From: Octopus vulgaris
Lineage: Eukaryota
Reading direction: 5' to 3'
Length of the DNA stretch: 64,000 bases
Assembly: GCA_951406725.2 (NCBI GenBank)
Contig: OX597827.1
Span: forward strand, 29,574,001 to 29,638,000
Part shown: one piece after another, positions 1-15,941 of the stretch
Layout of the letters: each line of letters opens with the position of its first letter
Numbering within the stretch: the stretch's first letter is position 1
The notes under the pieces: generated by a model
Databases searched by the model: none
What the model saw: the letters and a program-made list of their open reading frames with translations, nothing else
What the model was told of the DNA's origin: nothing
Program-made: the position numbers and the translations under genes

Positions 1-1534
1 TGAACCAAATTCTGATTGAAAAATCAGCTTCTGGATCAAATATTCCCAACACAGGAGCTGGAAGTACCCCACAACCGGAATATTCCAACAGATGGCCATC
101 TATGTTCGTTTCCAAATAATCAAAAGAAAAAGAAGGAAAAATGGTCTAGGGAAGCTAATAAAGAAGTTCTTGCGGCCTTCTACCATGCCATATATTTCCC
201 CACAGATAAATCTAACACTGTAAAAACATACTTAAACTGGAGACAGAAACACCCTGAAGTAAGACCCTACATAGACAGCAACAAACTTGCCAACGTCAGA
301 AGAAACATTAAAAAAAAAAAATTACTGACTGAAGTAGAGATTGATCAAGTTAGACAAGCAATATCGGATAAAATGAACGAAGCTGCAGCTAGAGAAGATA
401 ATACAGAGGAAATAATTATAGACCAGCCCAGGGCTGATAAAAACGAAGTAAGGATTGAAAGAGTTAGTATAAGTGATAGGCAAAGTGAAATACTCCCTGA
501 ACCAATCATAAACACTAAGACAGATGAACATCAAATAGATAAAGAAAGTCACAGAAATATTGACCCAACAGAACTACATGAGCTAAAACATCAAATCATG
601 ATTGAATGGCTGAAAATTAAAGAAACCAGCATGGATGAACGTGATACACTCCCTAAAATCCGCAACTCTAACCAAAACATAAAATAATTGGTAAAATCCG
701 GCTTGCACTTAAGGATATAATTTCAGCTAATGATGTTGATATCACAAATCTCAACCACCTATACTATGCATCCGCGAAAATCTCAACGATCCTATGTGGT
801 GTAAAGATCAGAAAACGGCAACATTCCCACAAAAAGCCTTCTTGGCAAGAGCGTTTGCAACAACAAATTAAACTATTTAGATCTGATATTGAATATTTGA
901 AAAACCTTAAGGTTCACAAGACTACCAAACCTACAAAAACCCAAAAATTACTGAAAAAATACAATATGAAAACTATACTTGATATTGATGCCACCATAGA
1001 AACCATCAAACAAAAGGTATCTGCCAAAGCTGCCCGCATAGCGAGGTATGAAAAGCGTGTTAGATTTTTCAAGGACAACAACATGTTCAAAAATAACCCC
1101 AAGAATTTTTACAGGAAGATAGGAAAAACAGCGTTTACTGCAAGGTCTGTACCATCAAAAGAAGTGCAGGGATTTTGGAATAAAATTTGGGCAGAAGAAA
1201 AAACACACAACGAAAAGGCCCCCTGGATTGACAGAATATCTACAGAACTGGACCCCTTAGAAGAGCAAAAGTGGAAGGGTGTCAAGGTAGAAGATATAAG
1301 ATCTGCTCTCAGGAGGTCAAGCAAATGGAAGTCTCCAAGAAAGGATAAAATTCCTAACTTCTGGCTGAATGCCTTCCCAGAGAACCATGAACTGCGAACA
1401 GAACTGTACAATGATGTTTTGCAACACCCTAGTAGGATGCCTCTTGGCTAGTTAATGGGTTAACATTCCTGGTCCCTAAAAGTGAAGAAACAAATGAACC
1501 AAAAAACTATAGACCCATAACCTGCTTAACAACT

Positions 1535-2257
1535 ATGTATAAAACGCTAACATCTGTCCTGACGGAATATACTTATAGCTTTTTAACAGACAGCAGCATA
1601 TTCCCTAATGAACAGAAAAGATGTAAACGTGGATCCTGCGTCTGTAAAGATCAACTACTCATCAATAAGATGATCTTAGAAGATTGTCACAAACGACACA
1701 AAAACTTATCAATAGTCTGGATGGACTATGAAAAGGCCTTTGATAGCCTACCACATAGCTGGATTAGGAAATGCCTGGAAATGTATAAGATAGCACCTAC
1801 TCTGCGAAACATTTTGACTGTAAGTATGAGATCATGGAGAACCACACTAACTCTGAACAGTGACAATGAATCCCTAAATGCTGGTGATGTAAAAATTTCG
1901 TGTGGAATTTTCCAGGGTGACTCACTGTCACCACTCCTCTTTTGTTTAGCCTTAATACCTCTCTCAAAACTGCTCAATGACGCGCAGTACGGGTATAAAT
2001 TGTTTGATAAAAATATAAATCATCTCATTTACATGGATGATTTAAAGCTTTTTGCAAAAAATGACCAACAACTCAAGGGCTTACTAGCGATAGTCAAACA
2101 ATTCAGTGACGACATCAGAATGCAATTCGGCCTCGATAAATGTGCAAAAGCTACCTTTATCAAAGGAAAAATGACAGAAACATCTAACGTTAACCTTGAC
2201 CAGCAAAATGTCATAAAAGAACTAGACCCAGCGGAGAGCTACAAGTACCTAGGGTAA
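1535..2257 (+). pseudogene. Reverse transcriptase domain fragment of R4/Dong copy A
   Basis: QGDSLSP and YMDDLKLF motifs; cut by stops and frameshifts. Confidence 0.9.
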
Positions 2258-2774
2258 TTAAAGGGAACGGAATAAGGCATTCAGAGATGAAGGAAATGAT
2301 CAGGAGAGAATGTTATCGAAGAGTGAGAGCAATACTCAAGACAGAGCTGAATGCAAGAAATAGGATCGAAGCGATCAATGCATTAGCCATACCAGTCGTG
2401 ACTTACAGTTTCAATATCGTTAACTGGTCAATTACTGAAATATGTCAGCTCGACAGAAAAATAAGAAAACTGTTGACAATGCATAGAATGCACCACCCTA
2501 AGGCAGATACAGAACGACTTTATCTGCCAAGAAAAGAGGGAGACCGTGGTCTTTTGCAACTGGCAATAACAATGAAGATTGCTACAATTGGCCTAGACAC
2601 CAACCTGAAAATGTCTGAGGACTGAATGTTAAAGCTTGTTTCAAAACATGAAAACAAGAAAGCATCATACTCAGTAACAAAACAGGCAAAGGAATATCTA
2701 AGTGAATTCCGAATACAACAAATTTCGGAATTAAGATAGACATACAAGAAACAAGCACAGAAAAAGCTAGGCGC

Positions 2775-3581
2775 ATGAAAACCCGTGCCAAAACTGCGGC
2801 CTTAGATATTCTGAATAAATGGCAAGAAAAACCTCTCTATGGCAAATACCCAAAGAGAGCGAATAATGCAGATATTGACAAAGCCTTGACCCATCAATGG
2901 CTAATGGCCTCTGGCTTAAAATCTAAAACAGTAGGGTTTATCATAGCAGCTCAAGATCAATGCCTACCAACAAGAAACTACCAGGCCAACATATTAAAGA
3001 ACGGCAGTAGCCCAACATGTGTATGCCGACAACAAAATGAAACCATTGATCATGTTGTCTCCAAATGCAGTCTTCTAGCGTCTACAGAGTACCTCAACAG
3101 GCATGATAGAGCTGCACAATATATTCACTGGGTAATTTGCAAAAACCTGGATTTGCCCCATGAAAAAAACTGGTGGGAACACAATCCACCTCCAGTACTT
3201 GAAAATGACCACATCTCACTCCTCTGGAACTTCACCATTCAAACTGACAGAAAGATAGATGCAAATAGGCCAGACATCATATTGAAAGACTTCAGACAAA
3301 GAACATGCCTCCTCATTGATATGACTGTCCCAATCGATATAAACGTATCTGTCAAGACCTACCAAAAACTGAGCAAATATAAAGATCTTGAAATAGAAAT
3401 CAGCAAAATGTGGAACCTGAAGACTAAAACAATACCTGTTTTCATAGGTGCCCTGGGAATGATAGCGAAAGGGGCTGATTGCTACCTAACTCATATACCA
3501 GGAAACCCCAAAATGGCAGAAATTCAAAAGATAGTGCTCATGGGAACTGCTCATATCCTACGCAAAATACTCTCTATGTAA
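2775..3581 (+). pseudogene. C-terminal Zn-knuckle + REL endonuclease of R4/Dong copy A
   Basis: AAQDQ, C-x-C..H..C, RHD, NRPDII..LLID..P..K..KY. Confidence 0.9.
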
Positions 3582-3772
3582 TCCCAAGGTTTAAAACAAA
3601 CTTTTTATTTTAAATTTATATATTAGACATTCACTAGTACAACACCAAAAAACCCCAAATATATGGCACACTAGGCATAACAACAACGTGAACTTCCAAC
3701 CTGTTGTCTCTTGAGGTCTCTGGGTGAGACTTGGAGCCAACTTATACAAACATAAAGCAAAAGTCAAACATA

Positions 3773-5936
<2,164 letters not shown>

Positions 5937-6547
5937 CAAGAGCACTCAGAGAGCTCAAACCTCTGCCAAGGCAACACCAACGTCCTCTCAATGATTAGAG
6001 GTGATGTTTAAAATGAGAATATCTGAAATAAACTCGACTGCTCTCACAAACGAGAATACTAAAAATGAACCCGACCGCTCTCATAAATTAATTTTAAAAC
6101 ATCGGAAAAATAATCCAGAATCCTTGTCCAGTACCTGGTCGATCCCAATGGTAGTCATGGAATGTGAAAATGGCTGTAGAAAATTTAGTAACAGTAATAA
6201 ATAGTTTATCCTAATCTAATATATGAGCCAAAGTTAACAAATTCACCATTCAAAATAGTTTCAAAGGCGGAGTAGTAAGTTCTACTCAGAATTTTTAAAT
6301 GAATAGCATCAGACCCTTTGGTTTTCTCTTCTCTTAAATTCTGGCTTTCCTTTTAGTATTCCTGTTGTTTTAGATTGATGTATAGATGCATGTATATAGG
6401 TAAGTATACTGTATGTATAATATATAATATATATATTATAAATATATGTTAGTGTTATTTAATTTCTGGGCGGTTTTGCTGCCGTTTGTTGATGTAGTTT
6501 TGGTTTCTTTATCCATCAGTTTCTACTAGGATAAGATGCAGGCAGGA

Positions 6548-6578
<31 letters not shown>

Positions 6579-6643
6579 AAGAAGAAGAAGAAGAAGAAGA
6601 AGAAGAAGAAGAAGAAGAAGAAGAAGAAGAAGAAGAAGAAGAA
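6548..6643 (+). repeat. (GAA)n microsatellite
   Basis: Read directly. Confidence 0.98.
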
Positions 6644-6739
6644 TGTGCCCTGGTAGCAGCTGGACGTGTCTTTCGCTGCTCTGATAAGTCAGCAGCTGAA
6701 GACACAGGAATTCTACTACAACTGAAAAACAACTTTTAA

Positions 6740-7590
6740 AAACTGGAATATCTAAAAAATTTTCGTTGAGTACCTAAAATCTCATTCTAATTAGCTTTAA
6801 AATCTTGATTATCTACAATTTTCTCTGGACGAACACACAAACAATCATCTTTAAAAACTTTAATATCTACAATTTCCTATGAATACCCAAAGCTTTTCTT
6901 TTCTCTCTGACTAGCCAAATATGTAAACATCCCTTTTTTATCTGCAAGAACACTCTTAGACGCCTCCGGTTATCCAACTTAAGCAATTTATGTATATAGA
7001 AATTATTCTATTACAACCAGAAAACATTTTTTTGAAAACTGAAGTATCTATAATCCTCTGTGAGTATTTAAAATCTCATTCTAAATGAGTATTTAAAATC
7101 TCATTCTAAATAACTTTAAAAACTTGACTATCTACTGTATTCTCTGGACGGACACACAAACGATCATCTTTAAAAACATTAATATCTACAATATTATGTG
7201 AAAAGTAAAACTTTCCGTGAACACACAAATGATCATCTTTAAGAACTTTAATATCTACACTGTACTGTGAATAGCCAAATATGTAAAAAATTTCTCTGCA
7301 AGAACACTCTTAAACGCCTCTGGCTATCTTTACTTAAACAATTTACAGGCTTAAAAACTTGATTATATTCAGTTTTCTCTGGACGAACACACAAATGATC
7401 ATCTTTAAAAACTTTAATATCTACAATCCTATGGAAAAAAAATTTAATTGCTAAACACACACAAACGATCATTTTTAATATATACATTGTACTGTGAATA
7501 GCCAAATATGAAAAAAAAACAGATATTTCTACAAGAACACTCTTAAACGCCGCCGGATAACTAATTTAAGCAATTTTTTATATATAGAAA
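6740..7590. repeat. Degenerate complex tandem repeat
   Basis: gaacacacaaa..atcatctttaaaaactttaatatctaca recurs about 5x; tagccaaatatg..caagaacactctta recurs 3x. Confidence 0.75.
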
Positions 7591-7900
7591 TTATATATAC
7601 GTGAGTGTAAGTGTGTGTACTTTATTTCTGTCTTTCTATCGGTAATTAAAACGCACAAGGTGAGTTGGTAGTAAACACATATTTGACCTCTGCTGACCGC
7701 TCCTTTGCTGGACCACATGGGTACAATCACTCTTTCACCCACCGCCGACTCCTATTGAGTCTATTTATAGACTAACGATATCTAACTGTATGACTGCCAT
7801 CCTGCCTATCTACTGCCAACCTGCCCTCTCCTTCCTCTAAATAATAATAATAATACACTGTTGCCTTCTCCTTCCTCTAAATAATAATAATAATAATAAT

Positions 7901-10900
7901 ACACTCTTGCCATGACTACAAGGAGTGACCACAGGCCAGCTACGGCTGCTATAATGGTACGATTATAATTGTAACGGCAATGATGGCCGTTTCCCCGCGA
8001 GCCACTCAGAGCTCAAAAATGATAACATTATCGTAGCACGAAAATGTTTTTGGAAACTAAAAGGAAAACTAAATCAGTATACCAAATCGCTTGTCCTATG
8101 GTTAATCTGGAAGCGCGTCCCCCAGGGAAGAGCCAGCCTGGGATCGAAAAGTCATCAACTGGCACAAACTCTTCTCCGAATACGGACATGGATGGTCACT
8201 TGAACGGGAAATTCCCCAACTCGAGCCCTCCAAGTTCACCACTACAACCACCACAGAAAGAAAATGTAAGCGGAACAAATGGACCAGAGAAGAGTATAAA
8301 GAAGTAATATACGCTTATTACAGTAATTCTTACAGTATATGGAGAACACGGAATCAAGACAGTAGACCCTATTTGGACGAGAACAAATTGGCAAACGTGA
8401 GGAGGGATATCCTTAGAAATAACATACTCACAGACAGTGAAATAAGTGCGATCAAGCACGCAACGGAAAAGGACATAAATATAAGACACAAAGGAAATGA
8501 AGAATCAGATGAACAAAATAGCCCGCCACGAGGCTTAATTGAAAGACTGCCATCTGACCAAAGCACGCAAAGGCCTGAAGATACAAGAAATTCTATTGAA
8601 CCTGTTAAGGATAGTCAGGAAAATGATAAAACAACAGTAACTGAAGATCTCGCATTTGCTGAAGAACACAGAGAGTCTATGGCAGAAATGAATACGCTTG
8701 AAGTTGTAAGACATACAAGTATGAATGATAGAGAACCGCTTCATAAACTCTCAAATACAAACCAAAATAAAAAACAAATCCAAATTGGCAACTATGTAAC
8801 AAATGAAATAATACGAGAATTAAAACCTGATTTTACTGAGTTAAATGAAATTATTTACGCTTCTGCTAGGGCAATTGAAACCAGCTGTATTCCCCCGAAA
8901 AAACAAAGAAAACAAAACCTGGGAAGAAATCAAACCTGGAGAAGTAAAATTGAAAAAGAGATTGAATTTATGAGAGGGGAAATATCAATATTAAATGAAC
9001 TAATATGTGGAAATGATGTAAGATCCAGAACAGGAAGAAAGATGAAGAGAAAATTTGGATCCTCACCAAGAGAAGAACTGATATCAATAAAAGAAACGCT
9101 GAAACAAAAAGTTCAAGTAAAAGCTCAAAGAATACGAAGATTTGAGAAGAGAAACATGTTTTACAAGCAAAATAAGCTGTTCACATCCAATGCCAAAAAA
9201 TTCTACGGAGAAATAGGGAAGGAGAAAGTAGCCGTTAAAGACCCCCTCCCATGGAAGAAGTTCAAAACTTTTGGAAAAGGATTTGGAGTGACAAGAAGAC
9301 GTACAACATAAATGCAGACTGAATTATACAAACAGAAGGATCCTACCAAAATTTACAACAACAAGCATGGGAAGACATCACAATAGCATACCTAAGAAAG
9401 GCACTCACGAAGGCCCATAATTGGAAATCCCCCGGTAAAAATAGGGTGTCGAATTTCTGGCTCTCATCGCTCCCATGCGCACACGGTAAGCTAGTTCAGC
9501 TGCTCAATGGAATTATGAGAGACCCAAAGGAAACACCTGAATGGTTAGCAAGTGGTATTACTTACCTACTCCCAAAGAATAACGAAACCAAACTTCCAAA
9601 AACTATCGGCCTATAACCTGTTTATCTACCACGTATAAAATCCTAACATCTATCCTGGCGGAGAAAACATATGCATTCATGGAGAAGAACGATATTTTCC
9701 CCATTGAACAAAAAGGGTGCCGCCGAGGCTCATACGGATGCAAAGATCAACTGCTAATTAATCGTATGATCCTTGAGAACTGTCACAACAAGCGCAGAAA
9801 TCTCAGCTCCGCATGGATTGACTACAAAAAGGCCTTCGACAGTATACCGCATTCATGGATCTTGAAATCGCTGGACATCTTCAAAATTTCCCCTGTGATT
9901 TCAAGCTTCCTGAAGCATAATATGTCGTTGTGGAATACGAATCCCCAATTATACCACTCTAACGGAGTACTTGCCTCAGAGAATATAAACATCAACTGTG
10001 ACATTTTTCAAGATGACTCACTTTCACCTCTAATATTCTGCATAGCCCTAATACCCCTTACAAGTGAATTAAACAGAACAGGGTATGGGTATACAATTGT
10101 CAATAAAAAATAAGCCATCTATTTTATATGGATGATTAAAACTCTATGGTAAAGACGATACTGAACTTGAAGGCATATTGCGCACTGTGGAATCATTCAG
10201 TGATGACATCGGGATGGAGTCTGGGCTTGAGAAGTGTGCCAATGCCACTTTCCAGAAAGGGAAAGTGAAGACCACAAATTCAGTCGTGTTAGATGTTGAC
10301 ACAGTCATAAGAGAGCTTAAGCAAGAACAAACCTACAAATATTTAGGGATAAATGAAGGCTCTAGTATTCAGCATGCAAGCATGAAAGAGAAGATCAGGA
10401 AGGAATGCTATAGGAGAGTTAAAGCAGTCCTGAAATCTGAACTAAATGCACGTAACAAGGTGTTAGCTATAAATTCCTTAGCAGTTCCAGTTGTTACTTA
10501 TAGCTACAATGTGTTGAACTGGAATATGAGTGAAGTAAAGAAAATAGATAGGAAAATACGCAAGCTGCTGAGTTGTAATAGGATGCACCACCCAAAGGCA
10601 GACGTAGATCGCCTTTACCTCCCCAGAGCCCAATGAGGTCGTGGCCTGATCCAATTTGAACTAGCTTACAAAACAACCACAATTGGACTGGCCAAATATC
10701 TTGAAATAACGAATGACTGGATGCTAAAGCTCGTGGAAAATCACGAGAGACGAAAGAAGCTTCATTCTATCATAAAGGAAAGCAAAAAAGTTGCTATTGA
10801 TCTCGCGCAGGACACCCAAACTGAACAACCCGAGGGAAGTACGGAAACTATTGTTGCAAAGAAGGTGAAAATAATAGCAACGAAAACAGCGCACGAGCAA

Positions 10901-11821
10901 TTGGCTGATAGGTGGGAGGAGAAACCTCTGCACGGCAAATATGTGGCCCGTAGCAAACAAGCTGATGTTGACCAGAAGCAAACCCATCAGTGGTTACGGA
11001 GCTCAGGGCTAAAAGCAGAGAGCGAAGGTTTCATCCTGGCTGCTCAAGATCAAAGCCTATTAACCCGGAACTACCAGGCCAATGTGATGAAAAATGGAGC
11101 AGACCCAAAATGCCGATTCTGCCACGACATGATTGAAATAGTGGACCACCTAATCTCTGGATGTAAAGTCTTAGCACCAGTGGAGTATAAATTAAGACAT
11201 GACAGAGTTGGCCAATATCTACACTGGCTAATAAGTCGGCATTACAATATGAAAACTGCCGACAAGTGGTATAATCACCACCCTGAGGCTGTAACTGAAG
11301 GAGAAAACGTAACGATTCTGTGGGATTTTCCAGTACATACAGACCGAACCATCAAAGCCAATAAACCGGATATTGTTGTGAAAGACCAAAACAATAAAGT
11401 TAGCTTATTGATCGACATGAGCATCCCCTGTGATCACAATATCTCGGCGAAAGAATTTGACAAGCTCAGAAAATATAAAGACCTGCTCATTGAAATTGAG
11501 AAAATGTGGCATCTCAAGGCGGTTACAATACCAGTGATCGTAGGAGCACTAGGAATGATCAAGAAGGGAACCGAAAATTATATGATAATGACCCCTAGCT
11601 TACCATCCCTGCAAGAAGTGCAAAAGATTGTCTTAACTGGTACATCACACGTATTGAGAAGAGCAGTGTCGATGTGAGAACTATTACTACCCATGTATTT
11701 TAATTTAAGTTTATTTCTATCAATAAAAAAAAATTAACGAACTAATGAGTTTAGTTTAATGGCCTACCAATGTATACTATGAGTTTCTTTGCCCTAGGAG
11801 TCGGGAAGACACTCGGCAAGA
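7901..11821 (+). mobile_element. Near full-length R4/Dong-clade element, copy C
   Basis: ORF pieces 8373-9311, 9679-10113 (DYKKAFDS), 10178-10636, 10721-11677 (CRFC..H..C, RHD, KPD..D..K); (AAT)n at both ends. Confidence 0.93.

Positions 11822-11869
<48 letters not shown>
11822..11869 (+). repeat. (AAT)n microsatellite
   Basis: Read directly. Confidence 0.98.
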
Positions 11870-11875
11870 TTCTAC

Positions 11876-11950
11876 TCAGAACGTGAAAACAGATGAAATA
11901 CCGCAAAGCATTTTGCCAGGAGTGCTAACGATTCTGCCAGCTCGTCGCTT
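11876..11950 (-). mobile_element. tRNA-derived SINE head fragment
   Basis: Reverse complement gcgacgagctggcagaatcgttagc, same family as 24311 and 47800. Confidence 0.7.
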
Positions 11951-12116
11951 TAGTCATTAATGATAATTATTATCATACACCTATTACGTGAACACAGTAA
12001 CTGCTAGAAATAATGGTTAAATTCCCCTAATATCACACGATCAAGGATATATCTTAGTAAATAAAACGGTATGTACCTGAGAAACTCGTCCTGCCTTGGT
12101 TTTTGTAATCCTTTTC

Positions 12117-12207
<91 letters not shown>

Positions 12208-12209
12208 GG

Positions 12210-12473
12210 GGAGGCACATGTCCTAGTGGTTTGAGCAGGGGTCCCAGGTTCGAATCCCAGACCAGGCGATGTGTGTGTTTATGAGCGAAACACTTAATCT
12301 ATACGCGGCTCCGGCAGAAAGTAATGCCGAACTTCTGCTGATTCTTTCGCCAAAACTTTCTCTCACAACTTTCTCTCACTCTTGCATCTTGCAGACGTCC
12401 CGTCCAGGTGGGGAACCTATACCCCCAAGGAAACCAGCGTATGAACCAGGCGTGGCTCCAGAAGGAACAAACA

Positions 12474-12475
<2 letters not shown>
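12210..12475 (+). mobile_element. tRNA-derived SINE
   Basis: A box ..ctagtgg, B box ggttcgaatccc; body similar to 49694-49995. Confidence 0.8.
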
Positions 12476-12508
<33 letters not shown>

Positions 12509-12512
<4 letters not shown>

Positions 12513-13305
12513 GGTGGGGAGCGTTAACCGAAAAGTTAACTTCGTAAATCGTCAATCCGTTAACCAACAATTTAACTTTAATCGTTAATCCGTTAATTCT
12601 TGGAAAATGTAACGGAAGTTAATGTTAATCCGTTAACATTAACTTTTATAGTAAAAAAAAGCATACCTACAGTTTAATACCCCACTAAATTTGTCACTTC
12701 ATAACTTCCAGAAGAATTGATACTTTTTAACAAAACTTTCACCAAATAATCGCTTATACCCTGTAGATTGAAAGTATGTAAAGATTTGTTGGGAAAATGT
12801 TTTCCGAGGGGTTTGAAAGAGGAGTTTCAGAAAATTCATAAGACCTGACATTTTCCCTCTCATAACTTTCTGGAAAATAGGTGTTTTTTTAGGAAATTTT
12901 ATACAAATATCTTTTGAACGGTGTAGATTACGATTACAAAGAAATTTGTAGGCAAAAGTTTTGGTAGGGGACGGGGGAGGGATGGGTTTCTGTAAAACGG
13001 AGTTTCGGATCAAACGGCCTGCGTAAGTTGGAATTTCTCTGTTTTGACGGGGATTTTTTTCTAATGTTTTTCACCAAAGTTTTCAGAATGATGGAAGGCA
13101 TGTTTTCACGTAAAAAAGAAGAAAAAATTGTCTACCGCTTTTTATGACATTTGGGCGTTAACGGGCTTGAGTTAACGGAAGCTAAATGTAACGGAAGTTG
13201 ATTAGTCCGATAAGGATTTTCAAAGTTATATTACAAGTTAATTTTTTTACGAAAATGTTAACTTCGTTAATTAAAGATTAACGGATTAACGGACTTACGT
13301 CCATC

Positions 13306-13309
<4 letters not shown>
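12509..13309. mobile_element. hAT-like MITE inserted in (TA)n
   Basis: Terminal cagaggtggg / tccatctctg; many subterminal ccgttaa (left) and ttaacgg (right) motifs. Confidence 0.75.
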
Positions 13310-13358
<49 letters not shown>

Positions 13359-13439
13359 AATAAATAATATATAAATATATGATTATATATACATACATAT
13401 ATGTACATACCTACAAATATATGTATATATACATGCATA

Positions 13440-13610
13440 TATGGGTACAGGACATCAAAAAAACCTTGAACACAATGAGAAACGAAGACATAAAAACAAG
13501 AACATAGAAACGAACTTTTTTTCAAACAACGGGAAAAAAAGAGAACAAGACATACAACACAAGGAATATTCCCCTTCTTCAGTTGTCCCTGTTTCATCTA
13601 CTCCGCGTTT
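13440..13610 (-). mobile_element. PLE pseudo-LTR fragment with a partial swapped-order hammerhead
   Basis: Reverse complement AAA-CGCG-gagtagatgaaacag-GGACAA-CTGAAGA-AGGGG, then a T-rich tail. Confidence 0.55.
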
Positions 13611-14197
13611 ATACGTATATATCACTCAAAGAAATTCCAACTTTGATTTTCACGTTTTATTTACAATCTTTTTAATAATATAATATAAGATAACACAATA
13701 GAAGGAAATGATAGAATATTAAATGTCCATTCTGATTGAACTAGTACTTTCGTGCATTAAACCATGCAATCTTCAGATTCATGTAGTAGTGGTGACAGTT
13801 ATGTTTTACAATATACATAAATTACGTACTGATGCACGTACATCTGTACATGTGTTTCTTTGTATGTATACGTTTCTATATCTGAATATATACTTTATTT
13901 ACGTACGTATGTATGATAGTATTTTCATAGGTATGTAGATTTCAAGCTGAAGGCCACCGTCGCACCTGACATTTTATGGAGGGTCACATTCTTCTCAGGA
14001 GAAGGTCAAAGGTTATGCGACAATATTCTTACTTTTTCTCATACTTTGTATAAACTAGGACAAAGCGAGTACCACATTGCCAGTTTGTAAATGAAACACG
14101 TGATTGTTACAACCGGATATGCTGGACATCGTGGAACGATGATTATTATTTTAAACCTTGGATCGGATTTGTCTTAGCCAAATGGAATATTTATACT

Positions 14198-14337
14198 TGG
14201 AATGGCTGTGTGTTAGGAAGCTTGCTTCCCAACCACATGGCACCTGGTTCAGTCTTACTGCGTGGAACCTTGGGCAAGTGTCTATGACTATAGCCGTGTG
14301 AGTGGCTTGATAGACAGAAACTGAAAGAAGCCCGTCG

Positions 14338-14340
<3 letters not shown>
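14198..14340 (+). mobile_element. tRNA-derived SINE (CORE-like), partial
   Basis: tggctgtgtg..ggttcagtc..accttgggcaagtg; family of 26231 and 40405. Confidence 0.8.
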
Positions 14341-14370
<30 letters not shown>

Positions 14371-14936
14371 GTTTCAAAGGAATATCAAATATTAAGGGAC
14401 CTTAATATATGATTTTCAACATTTCATCTATTCAATAAGATAATCAATACTTCATTTCATTTTACTATATATACTATTTATACTATATATTCTATATTCT
14501 AAATTAATATTATAAAAATCCTTAAATCCTTAAAAATGTTTTAGCCCGAAGGCCGCGGCCATGCTGGGGCACCACCGCTGAATGAGCTACACTAATATGT
14601 GAATCCACCTCTCATACGTGGCACTTGATCAACAAGGGAGTTCGATGCTGCTGCCCGCATCTGCGTCTCCAGTCGTGAGGTAGGTTCATCTGGGACTCCC
14701 GACAAGAAGAGATCCAGTTTAGTTTTAAAGAAACCCACATCCACACCATGTAAGTCTCTCAGGCATTTAGGGAGGATGTTAAAGAGCTGTGGTCCTCTGA
14801 AACCCAAGCTGTTGCAGTATCTGGACCTGTATTTTGATGGTGATGTTGGAATCCTTGGCACCACGCAGCGGCGCCCCGTTCTGCGGTTGGGGTAACTTCG
14901 AATGCCAAAGTTTGGAACAAGACCCTCCAGGATTTT

Positions 14937-15941
14937 CTAGATGTATATCACCGCATATCTCTCCCGCCTTCGCTCTAGGGAGAAGAGGTTTAATATTTTC
15001 AGTCTTACCCAGTAGCTGATATTTTGCATTGAGACAATTTTCTTTGTGTAGCTTCTTTGAATTGCTTCGAGTTCTGCTGTTAGTTTTATATTGTGTGGTG
15101 ACCATAGTTGGGAGCAGTAGTCCAAGCGGCTGAGGACGAATGTTTTCCAGAGGACCATCAGTGTCTCCTCTCTTGTTCTGAAAGTTCGGAGAATCCATCC
15201 AGCTAGCCGTCTGCATTTTATCACCAGATTAGTAATATGCACTTGGAAAGATGCATCATTGCTCAAGTCAATGCCCAGGTCACGCACTGATTTTGACTCA
15301 AGGGTTGCAATTCTTCCTGGGCCAGTGTATCCAGTCTGCATGTCGTTTACCTTTGTGTGCCGGTAGCGCAGGGCCTGGAACTTACCTGCATGAAACTGCA
15401 TGTTGTTGTCCTCAGCCCACCTGTATATTGTATCCAACTCCTGTTGCAGATGCGCAATATTTTCAGGGTTTTGTATTGTGTGGGAGACTTTTGTGTCATC
15501 TGCATAGCTAGCAAAGGTGGCCATCGTAGCAACTGAGGGCATGTCTGAAAGGGCCACTATGAACATCAGTGGCCCCAAGACAGTGCTCTGTGGAACACCG
15601 CTTGTTATTTGTGTTTCCTTGGAGGTGGCTCCATTGGTCACAACTGCCTGTCTTCTATCTTTTAGGAAGTTGTGCAGCCACTCTCCAAGTTTTCCGCCTA
15701 TGCCGAACCCACGCAGTTTGTGACAAATCATACCGTGGTCGACTTTATCAAAGGCTTTTGCAAAGTCGAGATATATTATATCCACATTTGAGCCATTTAG
15801 TAGCTGTTTTAACACCCAGTCATAGTGTTGCAGGAGCTGTGTTAGGCAGCTTCTACCTGGTCGAAATCCATGCCGGGTGTCAGTCAGCAAGTCCTTTTCT
15901 TCAAGGAACATGATTAGTTTCTTGCGGACTATTCGTTCCAT
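14937..15941 (-). pseudogene. LINE ORF2 reverse transcriptase fragment
   Basis: YLDFAKAFDKVDH, SGVPQSTVLGP, YADDTK, RDLG. Confidence 0.92.
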
